A DNA stretch of 64,000 nucleotides. Origin: Marsupella aquatica (Eukaryota; Plantae; Marchantiophyta). Positions 23,621-36,499 of this stretch are shown one piece after another. A program made the translations under genes and the position numbers. The DNA lies in assembly GCA_973895155.1 (NCBI GenBank), contig OZ316894.1, forward strand, positions 6,472,234 through 6,536,233, in the 5' to 3' direction. Every line of letters starts with the position of its first letter. Positions within the stretch are counted from its first letter, which is position 1. The notes under the pieces were generated by a model that saw only the letters and a list, made by a program, of their open reading frames with translations, did no database searches and was not told the DNA's origin.

Positions 23621-26600
23621 ACACAATTTTGACCTGTCAACTACTTCTTGGAAGTACGATTTAAAAAAGTTTTCTGTACAATTTGTCACTATAAAACGTC
23701 CAAGTATTACTATCACTGTCTATAAATTATGCTGTCATGTAACGATCAGTTGGCTCCAACAACGGCCTCCTTGGTAGACGACACTTTTGAATGTAACACG
23801 TTTAGTCTACTTTTTACGAGCGAGAAAAGGTTTCAAAGTAGTCGATGCTGTTGGCACTTATTGGTGATTGTCATTACTTCCTAATATTTAAGGAACTTTG
23901 GTGAACCGAAAGCCACAAGACTGAAATGCCTAGGGAATTGACACGAAGGGCCTTATATAGCTCAAACGCGACCTTCCAATCGCTCCGGGATAACTGAACT
24001 TGTTGGGGGAATGATGGATTGGTCAGTAGTCAGAATGTCTGGACTTAACACTCGTACTGAAAAGCAACTTTTTGTTATGGGCACTATCTGAAGGACACCA
24101 CTTTGCCTCAAGTTGTTGCCATCTTAAAGCAACTATCTTGAGTGGTTACTATCTTCGTATTATGGGTGATTCTCGTTATCTTGGATTCAGGCCGCACACG
24201 GGGTCATGTAACGGGCACTGGTAGTTGAGCTTTGGTCCTGTATCAAACAGCTCTCTGATGGATTTCGTAACTCGTTTCGTTAACCTCATTCAGGTCTAAT
24301 TTGTTTCAATCTGCCGCTCGTTAACATGGTGAATGTCATTCCCCACCCGGCGTACATGCTCATTGAATTCTCCGATTAACCGGTTCTCAACATCCTCCCT
24401 TGCCTTTTTGTCCTAACTAATTTACTTTGTGAAGATATCGATGCAAGGAAGTCGTAGGTTTTCGAAGACCAAACCTGTTGGCATGTTTCTTAAGTAGCCT
24501 GCATCACCCAACTAGTTGTTAAATTGGACTGACTGTACTGGTCACTTGGATTGGCCTCAGCAGCTTGAGGCAATGTCACTCTCGGATGAACTTCTAAGAT
24601 CGTTCTGAACTGACGGTCTCCTTATCCAGCTTCAGAGTTGTTTTAAAGGTAGGATCCAAGCCTTACACACTTTAGTATTATGCCCAAAGAAAGGATGGGA
24701 CCCAGCAAGTCAGTTCACTTGAAAATGGAACCTGCAGCATAGACCTTCTGTTACAGATACGCTGATGAATATTATAGGACTGTAGTTTTGAAAGTCCAGA
24801 TAAAGACTGAATGTGACGAATGTAACCTTTGACGAAGAAATAAGATGGAGACTCCTTTGTCCCTTGTGAAGCAATGTAGCTCTGCCCTCAAAAGTCTCTC
24901 CCGCAAGTTCGAACTGTAGGCTACAGAGGGGTTAAAATAGTTTTTAAATGTTTGGGCAAGTTTTCCTCCGCTCAAACTTTCGATTCCCTTGAGTAATACT
25001 TGCAACTTTTGCACACATTTCATACGGTTGGTCTTTAGCCGCTGCCCAAAAACTTTCGACTGTAATTTAGTTGCATCTAGAGCAACAAAGTAATGAAGAG
25101 CTAAGAGCTAAGTGGGCATTCTGTCAATGGGAGGGCATTGTATATTTGTCACTTTGTCTGGACACTAATTAATGAATTCTCTGGCAGAGACCACAGTAAC
25201 TTAATGCTTTCCCTGTCGGAAGCCGTCCAAAATGAAAGCCCTCCAGCAAGAGCGTTTATTGAAGACAACTCCCATCCCGGAGAACCTTATCTAACAAAAG
25301 CATGGTTCAGAGTCTTATTCTCATGCAAGGTTAGTCTTTCTTTTCAGTTAAGCTTAGTGAGTTTAAGGTGCAGGACCAAACGAAAAGCCATGGGATTGCA
25401 AGGACCCTCTGGTTTCTTTTTCAATGCTTGGAGCCATTTTGCAGGTAGGTGTGCACGTAGAATTTTAGTTTGCTATCAAGTCAATTGATGGTGTAGTTTA
25501 ATCATGTTCTCCATGTCCTTAGCCTGAATACCAGGAGGACAAGTGAATCCTTAGCCTGAATACCAGGAGTACAAGTGAATCAAGGATACAACTCTTCCAT
25601 TTCTTGTAAAACTACTAGGGACACTGAAAGACCTAGGGAATGCTATTGGTCACTAAGACAATATCTTCAAAATATTCTGCCAATGCCAATCAAGGGAAGC
25701 ATTATCCGTGTGAAGGGAAGGAGACATGCAAGAAGAGCCTTACTTAGTTACTCTTCAAATTCAAAGCGTTGAAATTTAGCTCTTTGTTTTTACCAGCGTA
25801 TCTCGTGTCCCATGCTTCTACAGTATTACAGGGAGTTCTGACTAATTGCACACTCCCAGAAAGAAGCAGTGTTGTACTTAACTAGGGTTTGCACTATGTG
25901 ATAAGTGCAAAAACTATAAAGCTATTGATAGGGTGTTTGGTAATCAGCCACTGTCACTCAAGATTCTCATAACTTCCTTTGTAAGTTTCACTTCCCTGCC
26001 CTAATTGTGATCCCCCACCCCATGAGCGGAAATTTTGCTCTACGTAAAGATGACTTGCATGAATCAGTAAGTGTAAGTCAAGAGAAGTGTGCATATATAG
26101 AAATAAAGCCCTCTTTCTTGGGGGCATTACGGCCCATAATGCCTTGTTACCAAGGCATTTCTACACACTTAATGCCCTTAGTGATTTTTAGTGACTTTTC
26201 TCTGTGTAAGTTCCAGGGAATCTATATAAACAAATGCACAATAAATATTAGTATGGGCTTCTCTTCTACTTTTACTAAAATTACAAAAATTCTCCTCTGT
26301 TTTTGCCAAAACTAGTAAAAATAAGACATCTCGGGCCTTCAACCTTATTAACAGGACTTCCCGATACACCAAAAGTGCCCCCAAAAAAGTGCCACAATGG
26401 TGGTGGGAAAAGAGAGGGACGGGACGCCTTGAAATTATCCAGGATTTTCACTTATAGAGGGTGCACTTACCAAGAGCTCACTTGTCGATTGCCACCGAAA
26501 GAAGTGAACTGCCTTCATTTCCGTTTCATCAATCGCCCTTTTCCCTCCAGCTTCGTCGTCTGTCTGTCTGTCACCCTTCCAGAACGACGCTAGAATCGTG

Positions 26601-26939
26601 TTAATTACTCCGACTGTACTAGATCGATCCAGCTACAGGAGTACAGGCCAGAAATTCAGTACTGTAGAGCGGAGGACGACACTGGCGTGGCCTCTGTCTC
26701 GTCGTCCGGGCTTTTGCAAGCAGGCGAGGGTTGGACTGGACTTATTTAGGGTGACGCAGCGCACGGAGAGCTTGGGAAGAGAGACGGATTGAATGATTGA
26801 TTCAACCGGCGTCGGTCCGTCATTTCATTTCCCGGTGCTTGTTTCTTTGCTGCTTGTTACGTGCGATTGATTACTGGTGCCGAGTTGCTGTGCCAACTGC
26901 ATCGAATCGATACCGATGGGCATCGAAGGGGGCAACCAA

Positions 26940-28921
26940 ATGGAGCCGAAGATTTTGGACGCGACCCGCGTCTTTCAGAAATTCAAGGACTCGTTTCAGC
27001 GGAATGACTACGACACTTGTGGCAACCTCCTGTCCCAACTTAAGGTAGGTCTCTGTTTCCTTTCCCCTTTCCACCATTTGCCGATAAATGTAGTGGATAT
27101 GAAGGGGAAAGATGTCTCTCTTTCTGCTTAATCTTTCGGGGCAGGTCTTTCAATCGGACGCTTCTCATATCTGTACGCGCAGGTCAAATTAACCGAGTTC
27201 CCAGCTCTGCCACCTGCCTACAAGCCGACCCCGACGGCAGTTCAGGAGCTTCTCTTGGCTAGTGAGGTTCTTCCCTGCTAGTGTATCGCCTTATATCTCA
27301 ATTAGGGTTCGACTACGCAGGCTTTTTGGATAATTGAGTTACCTTACTTGCGAAGCTTGTCTCCCACCAGTCTGTTTCTCGCTGAGTTTCTTTCAGGAGG
27401 TTCTTTCAGCTGTTTGGAAAGCATTGCTTCTGACTGACATTTGTTGTCTCTTGCAGGAGATATATTTGAACATGCTATTCTTCTCAGCGTCAGGACAGAA
27501 GATCAAGACGCCTTCGAGCGGCACTTTCTACAACTGAAGTCGTATTACACAGATACTAGGTATTGAACGGATGTAGTCTCTGACATGTCAACCAGACACA
27601 TTCCGTTGTGTTTCTTCTTGCAACTGAAAGAAAGATGAAGTAGACTAGCAGTCGCTTTTCCTTGTCGATTTTTACATGGACGTTTTGCTGTGACAGCTCC
27701 CACTTCATGGCATATTGTAGGTTTTGGTTACGGTGTTATCGTCTTGATGTGCCTGACTGTGTAACTCGATCGAGGTGGGAAAAGTTGTGATCACTTTGTT
27801 TCATTTGGCCACTTTGTTTTCATGTTTGCTGTTTAGGGGACTCATTCCACCGTCACAAGAAGAGTATCCTATCCTGGGTCTAAATCTTCTACGGCTCCTA
27901 GTACAAAACAGGATTGCCGAATTTCACACCGAGTTGGAGCTTCTTCCTCCCGAAGCCCATGACAATGAATGCATCAAACATGCTGTTGAGCTGGAGCAGT
28001 CTTTTATGGAGGGTGCATACAATCGAGTTCTGAGTGCTCGTCAAACTGTTCCTCGGGAGAGTTACGTGTACTTTATGGACTTACTGGCGAAAACTGTCCG
28101 GTAATTAATTTTCATCCTACAAGTAGTGATTCATTCCTCGGTCGAAACTGGTTGCTATTTCGTTCTGCAGTTGTCTTCAGTGATATCTGTTATGTCACTA
28201 TCTATATAATATTAAGGACACCATCGATAGACTTCAATTTAGGTATTTGAGTGAAGTTGATGGAAATATCTTTTTAGGTCGGATTCCTTCCAACCAGTCT
28301 ACCTGCTTGAGAGGTACTACTCCAAGTTTCGTGTGAGGTATAGAATCTAAGATTAATTAATGGTTGCAGGGACGAAATTGCCGGCTGTAGTGAAAAGGCT
28401 TACGATTCGTTGTCCGTTGCCGATGCCAAGAAAATTTTAATGTTCAAGAATGATCGTGAACTGGAGGAGTATACATCCGAGGTTATTTCTATGCACACCG
28501 TCAGATCTGTTTTTTAATTTATTAGTGTGGAAATAGTTCACAAAAGGTGTGACGAGTTGTAGAGGGGTTAAGGATGATTTCAGAAATATTGTTGGAAGTA
28601 TCGTTGCATGTCTGTATTGTGCGATGTCCACCCACATCTCAATATTTTACATGAAAGATCGTCTGCAAACTCTTGCGCTAGCTCGACCCAAGTCTACACA
28701 GGTGGACAAAACCCGAACTTAGAGGAATGTATTGTTCTGACCAATTGAGATTCATGTTGTTCTGGTGCTTGTCTAAGCAGGATCACGATGGCTGGGAAAT
28801 TCGAAAAGGTTATGTGTATTTTCAGAAGGTTAAGGAGCAAGCTCCGTGCAAGGAGATACCTTCTTTGCAATTGATAAACCAAACTTTAGGATATGCCAGG
28901 GAGCTTGAGCGGATAGTTTAA
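26940..28921 (+). CDS. RPN12: 26S proteasome lid subunit RPN12 (PSMD8), 6 exons
   Basis: Exons 26940-27044, 27183-27261, 27457-27559, 27837-28100, 28370-28481 and 28781-28921. Hallmarks are LGLNLLRLLVQNRIAEFHTELELL, LEQSFMEGAYNRV and IPSLQLINQTLGYARELERIV*. An alternative in-frame ATG lies at 26916. Confidence 0.97.
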
Positions 28922-29749
28922 CTTGTTTTGTGGTTGAATTAGAGAGGGTATCTTTTTCAGGATGTCAAACGGTAAACCAAAAAAGGCTTAAGCACGAAAT
29001 TCATTCTTTCAGGAATAGAGGCTACCTGTCATGGATGCTGACCTCTACCATTTTCGGAGGATATGCAGGTTTTTGTTTACGTAAATTCCTGTTACTAAAG
29101 TCCCAGTGAAGGATTCGATGCCTCACATTTCTACACCTGGAAAAGCTGTTTTTTGTCTATGTGAAATATGTGATGAAAATAGAGAATGACGAAGCGGATG
29201 GCTATGCTACCTGAAGATAGTAATGCTCCTTACCGTCCTGTCTCATGAGACCCCATTTGAAAATGTAGTCCTGCCATTTTGTAAGAGCGACACATTGATT
29301 TTGAGCCAGGGTGGCAGGGGGCAAATACTTGAACTGGGGACTGGACATAATAGTGCAGGGAAATCCCGAGGGGCTTTGCTATGCACCTGTTGTTTCTGTG
29401 GGAGTGCAACCTTTGTTTCTGTACGTTTGATTCTTGGGCCTTGGCTTTGAACGTTTCTTGTGGGCTCTCGAGTGAAGGGCACAGGAAGGGTCATTTGTGC
29501 TCGTTCTCGATTTTCCACGATCAGGTGAACCTGCCAAGCATTCCTCATGTGAGCTCTCAACCAGAAAGGTCCCCTCACAAAAAAGAGGCATTCCCTGTCT
29601 CCGACGTTGGAGGTCCGACTAGCCAAATGACAACACAAAGCTCCAAATGATTTGAGGTAAGGGGTCCTTCTTGAGTCTCAGAAGGTTATTACTTTCACTT
29701 CAAGGATCTTCTCACCGTACTAGCATGATTGGCTTGTTATGGGAATTTG

Positions 29750-30300
29750 GAATCGGAGTTCAGTTCGAGCGTTTCTTATGAGCTATTGGGGATAAAGCAG
29801 GACGAAGCCAAAATCTCCACCTCATGCCTGGTGGGGTGGGGGTTTGTGATATCTCAATCACTGTTCAATCTGTCCGATGCCTTTGATCAATATTTCATTC
29901 CGAGATCATTGATCAAAACAGACCTGCCCGTGGTCACCATGCAGTTTCGATCCCTATCTTGTTGTTAATGATTCACGGGATATAGTAAAGCACCCGTCTG
30001 TATTCATATGTTACTCCTCCGTGTCCTCCGTTATGATATTCTATCGATGATATTTGAAGAGGACACTCAGGTATCTCCATTAGTGTTAATAGTGGCAAGC
30101 ACATCGAACCTAACCAACCAGTGTGAATGGTCAACAACGTGTACCATTGTACGCAACCAATGTGCTGATCATCCAACGAGCAACCACAAAACTGCTGGAA
30201 GAGTACCAAAAAGGGGCATATCACGGTACAAAGACTTGAATCACTTGTCACAACCCGCTGCCGATTTCGCACTTATCTGCATAGTGCTGAACCGTCTGAC
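29750..30300 (+). pseudogene. Possible highly decayed LINE ORF1 remnant
   Basis: Fragmented frames include CWKSTKKGHITV, which resembles a degenerate CCHC zinc knuckle. The match is weak. Confidence 0.25.
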
Positions 30301-30918
30301 GTAAATTCACAACTATTAGAGGTCGTAATATCTTTAATCTTTGTCCAATTGGTTGTGGTTGTATTTTAAAAGCACTTCGTCTACCCTGAAGATGGCGAAG
30401 AGACCAAGGAGAGGAAGGAGGTATTTCCTGCACGCACTCCCCCTGGCCAGGGATTCCAACCTGTACCAAATTTAGAAAGTTGTGGGCAGGAACCAATGTA
30501 AATTAAGGCTATCGCAATGGGGAGTGCTTCGCCTAACACATTATCTGTGGCAACCTACTGTAGATGATAACCCTGGGTGATGCACAAGAGTGCTCTCATT
30601 CAAGAATCCATCTACAAGAACCCATCTGCACGAATCCATCTACAGTTATGAACGAGTTCTGATTCTGCACCCCATCAAGAAATTATTTCATTCGCGATTT
30701 AAAACTGAGGACGTCAGAAGGAACCAACTCTAGAAGAATTATATTTGTGCCAGTTATTAGAAGTAAAATTATCGTGTCAAGTTGCCAACCTGAAATTTCT
30801 ACTCTACTAATGCTATCAGTATAATTGAACCTATCCCTAAACTTGCTTAACAAGGCATCACTTGATGTCTCTTTGTCTAATTGCACCTATGGGTAAACTT
30901 GCTTAACTGGGCATGATC

Positions 30919-31253
30919 CATGACTCAAGTAGCACTCGCTTGACGAGGCATGATTGTTAACTGTTTCTCTACAAAACGTGTCATGACATGACAAGAGTAG
31001 CACGAAACAAAATACTTGAATGGAAACATTTTTGGCAGCCAATCATGACTCAAGTAGCACTCGCTTGACGAGGCATGATTGTTAACTGTTTCTCTACAAA
31101 AAGTGTCAGGACATGACAAGAGTAGCATGCAACAAAATACTTGAATGGAAACGTCAAGCATGATTGTTAACTGTTTCTTTACAAAAAGTGTCAGGACATG
31201 ACAAGAGTAGCATGCAACAAAATACTTGAATGGAAACATTTTTGGCAACCAAA
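30919..31253. repeat. ~125-bp tandem repeat, ~2.7 copies
   Basis: GCATGATTGTTAACTGTTTCT.TACAAAA.GTGTCA.GACATGACAAGAGTAGCA...AAAATACTTGAATGGAAAC occurs three times. CATGACTCAAGTAGCACTCGCTTGACGAG occurs twice. Confidence 0.92.
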
Positions 31254-31899
31254 TCGATTAAAGGGCTTCTTCAAACTTTTCCAAAACAAGCACCGGTACA
31301 TACAAAGTCATGAATTTAGGGATAGGTCTAGTGTGAGAGAATTAATGTTGTCAATCTTCCAAGACCTTCTAACTCCAATAGACTAGACTGGACGTTGCCC
31401 ACAAGGTCAGGGACAGAGAGTTGCAGCATTGCCAAGCCCAATAGTCAAATGCATTTCAAAGCATTATGCAACACTTACTCCAAGCCTAGGGGGTCACTAG
31501 TGGAGGCCCCCACATCACTGCAAAGTTTTAAGGTCTGAAACACCCTCACAGCTTTTTGAAATGCGCTCAAAGAAATTTCCACCCCTTTTAGAATATTCCA
31601 ATTTGTTTAAAACCATATCTTTTGCTATAAGTCTCAGAATTGTATTTAGAAAACCCCAGTGTTCTTCCAAATAAATCTCTAATTTTTATTTTTATTTGAA
31701 TCTTAAAACAACTATTCTTATTTGTATGTGATGCCCCCCCCCCCCCCCCCACCCCCTTCTCCTTCCCCACACCAAGCTTTAGAGATGTACACCAAAAACT
31801 CCAAAAGTATTGTAGAGTTGTCCATACCCTTCTCCCAACGATCTAGCTATCCTTGAAGAAGAAGTGGGGGGAGGGGGGGGCGCAAACAGAGTGTACATA

Positions 31900-32600
31900 A
31901 TGGCCAACAAAGAACTATGGGCAACAAGATAACATAGAAGCTGAAAGCTGACAATTGTAGCCAAAATATTTCAGCTTTGCACAATGAGACATCAACAGCA
32001 AGAGGATGAAGCTAGCTGCTGGAAGAGCAGAGCCGCCAGAATTTGTTCTCACTAAGAGCTGCAGACCTTGACAAGGAGTGTTGGGAGTATTTCCAGTTGT
32101 GCAGAGCAAGAGAATTGAGGGCTTTCAGGAGACAGTCCATCCGTCCATCCTTGACTGCTTGACTGCCATTGACTGGGGAGATGGACGGAGGGAGTGACCC
32201 AAAAAATTCCAAAGGAAATCCAAAAGAAAAAAGGTGCATTTATCACATGGAGCTTCTGCATTCAACAGCATGTCGTCATCTATCAATGGCACATTCCACA
32301 CTTTCTAGTTCTTTTGGCGAGACTGTTGAAGGAGTCCTAGTGTGAGTCCAAACTTGCCAGAACTGGAGCACCGGAGCAAAAGTCTGGTGGGCCACGATCC
32401 ATTTCTTAAAAATGGTGAGGTCTGGTGGGCTATACTAAACATGTTTGGCAAGGACATAACATCAAACCGGTCCCAACTTGGCATTCCCCGTGACTGGTGG
32501 GAATGCTCTTTACAACACTGGATGTAGACCATTAGCTCATCCCACTACAGTGTACATGCCAGTAGCTCCTCACCTATGGCACTGGTAGATCTTTTCTGTG
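31900..32600 (-). pseudogene. Decayed LINE (L1-like) ORF2 fragments
   Basis: Frameshifted pieces PSQWQ..., LHNWKYSQHSLS and QILAA...SSC resemble the post-RT region of plant L1 ORF2. Many stops. Confidence 0.35.
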
Positions 32601-32891
32601 TTGTTTCCTTTCCTCTTTCTCAGTTTTTTGGCAGGGCTACTATTGCCCACAATGTCCTCAGAACTGGGAATTAATACACCTAAAGGCCTACCAAATTTTA
32701 TCTTTTTAGTAATAATAGAGGAGAAGTTTCAGAATGGGCCATTCCAAATCCTGACTGTGCATTCCTCTTCACAAAAGCATGTACATTTACAAAGTTAGAA
32801 GGCACTGATAGCATTAACTTTAGGAGGAACCATGGCCCTGATCTGAGTAAAAAAGAGTAGTTTTCAAGGTTTTCTCTTTTAGCCAAAGAGA

Positions 32892-33450
32892 CCTTGTGTG
32901 AAGGAGACGACGCTAGACATATTCCTTATCTAATTTTGCTGGGAAATATTTCTAACTGCCAGATCTCCCTAGATTTAAGGTAGATTCAGGCTATTGGAAA
33001 ACCGAAAAGTTAGCCAATGAGTGGTCTAATGTAGCTAATTTTTGCCACTAAAAAAATACAGGCCCTCTCCTTGTGTGAACGAGAACATGCTATGCACGTT
33101 CCTTATTTAATTTAACTAGATTAATTTGTGAGAGTCAGATGTCCCTAGATTTAAGGATAAGCGATAGATTCTGGCTCGTGGAAAGCAGAAGTCAAGCTAG
33201 TGGAAAACAGAAAACCTACCCAAGGAGAATGAGAGGTCTAGTGTAGCCAATTTTTACCACAACAAAAATACTGGCCCTCTCCTTGTGTGAATGAGAAGAT
33301 GCTATGCATATTCCTTTTCTAATTTTACTAGATTAATTTCTGACCCTCAGATCGCCCTAGATCTAAGGAGATGACCGATGGGTTCTGGGTAATGGAAAAG
33401 AGAAAACCTAGCCAATGAGAGGTATAATCTAGCGAATTTTCGCCTGGCCC
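32892..33450. repeat. Three tandem ~180-210-bp units of the MITE-like family, upstream of MOS2
   Basis: CCTTGTGTGAA starts units at 32892, 33069 and 33281. Each has TTCCTT..TAATTT, CCCTAGAT(T/C)TAAGG, GAAAAC..TAGCCAATGAG and GGCCCT. Confidence 0.85.
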
Positions 33451-34504
33451 TATCCGCACCAGTAACACACAAGACACATTTAAATCAGTGAATTCCTGAG
33501 CCAGGTTGAGGAGGGGATTTATTGACAACCTTCATTGCAAATTCTGAAGCTTGAAAGGAAGATTTAGAGAGAAAGGAACGGAGGGACGAGAATTGCAGTG
33601 TTGGAGGTGGGGAGAGCAGAGTTGAGCGATACTTATTCGGCAAGCGGGTTAATTGTGTGTGCAGAGGCGCAAGCTCAGCTGGGGCTCCCGATTGCTGAGA
33701 GATCGTCGATCCTTGCGATGCATCCGCAGAGCTGCTGCTCGTTCTCTCTCCGGGCTTTCAATTCGAGGCTGGAGCGCTACTGATGAGGTACTTCCAGTCA
33801 CATTTCGTTGTCTCCCCGAATCGTTTTGCTTTTTCCCAGTTTTCGTTCGACTCGAGCATCTGAATGATGCCTTCGGATTTTCACAGCATAAAAATGAACG
33901 AACGAATGAATTCAAAGATCCTTGGTTGGGACTGAAATGGACGATTGGAGAACAGAACCTAAAATTGGAACAAGCTAAAGCTTTCCAGTGGATTCTAAAT
34001 TTCGTCTGCATGTGACCTAACTCGATTTTAGGGTTTAGCTCGCTCTACAGAATTTTGATTGTCTTTCCGTCCCGTCTCTAATTCTCGATAGCCAAAGGTT
34101 GAAGGAGCTAAGTCAATTCCAAGAGAACCAAAATTTGATCAGCTTGTGACTAGACTTCGTTTTACGGTTTAGCTGGCTATGCAGAATCTGGCTGTCCAGT
34201 TGTCTGCTATAGAATTGCCAATTGGACAGTGAAGCTAGAGTAGATATGTTAATGGCCTAGATCATGATGTTGAGTGATTGTGATGACTGAGTTGTAGCTG
34301 AATTCGGTGCAGTTGAGAGGAAGAAGCGCGATTGACGAAGCGCAGGCAGACGAGACGGAGGCAAAGGGTGGGGAGAACGAGCAGGAGGCAATTCGGGTGC
34401 AATTGAGCGAAAGAAGCGCGATGGGCGAAGAGCTGTCAAACGAGACGGGGGCAGAGCAGGGTTCGCAGCAGCGGGAGGAAGTGAGCAGCAGCATGACGAC
34501 GACG

Positions 34505-36499
34505 ATGAAGTTCGCATTTACTGCGTCGAAACCGAAATTTTCTGCTTCTCGACCACCTCAATTTCCCAGAGGCGGTGGCAAGCGTCGGAGCGACGAAGGA
34601 AGAGGATGGGGAGGTGGGGAGAATAATGTGGTGTTCGTGACGGGTTTCGATGAGCAAGGGCTCGTGGGGAAGGATTCTACGGGGCTAGGGGGGACGAGAG
34701 TAATTCCCAAATTGGAGAACTCTTGGAGACCCGAGAAGAGGATGAAGAACATTGTGATGGAGACTGACATAATGACGAGCCGTCAGGAGGACCGTTTCGA
34801 GAAGGAGACTGTGGTTGGCGGCCCCACCCCTGGCGTTCAGTATGGCCTCGTAGTAGGGTTCAAGAAGGTGGTGGAGACCAGTAGTATTGTCACCACAGAG
34901 CTGAATGGTAATGATATGGTGCAAGAGACAATAACAGCAACACTGCTGGAAAGAACTACTGAGCAGAAGACTATTGCGCCTCTCACTTTTGCGGAGCTTG
35001 AAAATGAGAGGCTTCGACAGGACCTCACTAGTCTCCCAGATGTGCCAGATTTGGATGCTTACAATGAAACGCCTGTCGAGGGGTTCGGGGAGGCCCTTTT
35101 AAGAGGAATGGGTTGGGATGGACGAAAGGGTATTGGTAGCGGTTCGAGGGATCCTGTTATGCCAGTTGAGTATGTGAGGAGGTCTGGGAGGACTGGTCTT
35201 GGAGCAGAGCCTGCTCCCAAGGAGGTAAATAATAATAGGCTGATCAGGCCTGGAGAAAGTAGGCTACCAGCACCAGATCTTGTAGCATCTGTAGGTTCAG
35301 ATGGTAGAGCACGAAATGTGATTGGAATAGGCGAGAAGCTGGTGGAGCGAAGTAGGAAAGGAGTCGTCAAAGGTAAGGTTATGTCGATCATATCTGGGAG
35401 GCACCTGGGGTTGAGAGGGGAGGTTTTAGATGCTGACAAATCGGACCGAATCTTAATGAAGCTTGCTAAAAGTGGGGAAAAGGTTCTAGTCAGTGCTGCA
35501 GATTTAGCAGATATTGGTTCGTTAGAGGAAGAGAAGGTTTTGAAACAGATCCGGCAGCTGAAGATTGGGAACGGGGAAGCCTCTCTATCGGATGATAGGA
35601 AAGATGACCTTCACCTCCGCACAGAAGATAGGAAAGAAGAGAGCAGATATGGCAGTAAAGAAGAGAAGCGAGACCCTAGACGAGATACCAGACGAGATGA
35701 GAGAGATGAGTACACGTCGAGAACTGAAAACAGGCGTGAAGTGGACGAAAGGAGCAGCAGATTGAGGAGGGACGGTAAAAGGGACGAGAAGGATGGAAGA
35801 AGGGACAGGAAGAGAGAAGATTACAAACGAACAGGTGACGACATGGACGTCGAAGATGAGGGTAGGATCAGGAGGAGTGAGGATCGAAGGAGTTCAGCTA
35901 GAGATCAAGTGAAGGAGGAGAGGAGGGACGATGGACGAAGAGGAGAAAACAAGCGGGATGGACGAAGAGAGGACAACGTTAGAACTCATCAGGACAGAGG
36001 TGAAAGAGGAGCAGAAAGAGAGAGGAGGGGCATCTATAATGCTAAAGAGTATGAGAAAGAGAGAGGAGAATCAAATGCTGGGAATGCTCGGAGGGATGCC
36101 ATTGGGGCAAGCACTGAAGGAAGATACAAGGATGCATGGCTGACCAGCCAGATTCGGGTCAGGATTATTAGCAAAACTCTCAAGGGAGGAAGGTTGTATC
36201 TGAAAAAGGGCAGAATTGTTGATGTTGTCACTCCTCACGAATGTGATATATTGTTGGATGAAAGTGGAGAGATTTTGCAGCAAGTAAAGCAAGATCAATT
36301 GGAGACAGCGTTACCCAAGAGAGGCGGGCGTGTTATGGTTGTAGGCGGCAAGTATCGTGGTCATCTGGGTAAGCTGATCGAGAGAGATTCAGAAGGAGAA
36401 GTTGGACTGGTGCAAATGGAAGAGAGCTTTGAGATGACGACTCTCGATCTCGATCTCTTGGCTGAGTTTGTTGGAGAGGCCAGCGAAAGAGATGATTGA
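34505..36499 (+). CDS. MOS2: G-patch and KOW-domain splicing factor MOS2/GPKOW (Spp2-like), intronless CDS
   Basis: The N-terminus MKFAFTASKPK resembles plant MOS2 starts. It has a G-patch (PVEGFGEALLRGMGW...GRTGLGA), a KOW motif (IISGRHLGLRGEV) and C-terminal WLTSQIRVRIISK...YLKKG...LETALPKRGGRVMVVGG. In-frame ATGs at 34421 and 34493 are alternatives. Confidence 0.92.
   Translation: MKFAFTASKPKFSASRPPQFPRGGGKRRSDEGRGWGGGENNVVFVTGFDEQGLVGKDSTGLGGTRVIPKLENSWRPEKRMKNIVMETDIMTSRQEDRFEKETVVGGPTPGVQYGLVVGFKKVVETSSIVTTELNGNDMVQETITATLLERTTEQKTIAPLTFAELENERLRQDLTSLPDVPDLDAYNETPVEGFGEALLRGMGWDGRKGIGSGSRDPVMPVEYVRRSGRTGLGAEPAPKEVNNNRLIRPGESRLPAPDLVASVGSDGRARNVIGIGEKLVERSRKGVVKGKVMSIISGRHLGLRGEVLDADKSDRILMKLAKSGEKVLVSAADLADIGSLEEEKVLKQIRQLKIGNGEASLSDDRKDDLHLRTEDRKEESRYGSKEEKRDPRRDTRRDERDEYTSRTENRREVDERSSRLRRDGKRDEKDGRRDRKREDYKRTGDDMDVEDEGRIRRSEDRRSSARDQVKEERRDDGRRGENKRDGRREDNVRTHQDRGERGAERERRGIYNAKEYEKERGESNAGNARRDAIGASTEGRYKDAWLTSQIRVRIISKTLKGGRLYLKKGRIVDVVTPHECDILLDESGEILQQVKQDQLETALPKRGGRVMVVGGKYRGHLGKLIERDSEGEVGLVQMEESFEMTTLDLDLLAEFVGEASERDD

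Noticed and set aside
24000-25800. Possible LINE remnant between CDT1 and RPN12
   Set aside because: Only vague similarity; no diagnostic RT or endonuclease motif could be read.
26489-26496. GGTGGCAA (PACE-like) motif on the minus strand upstream of RPN12
   Set aside because: PACE/Rpn4 regulation is fungal, and an 8-mer match is expected by chance.
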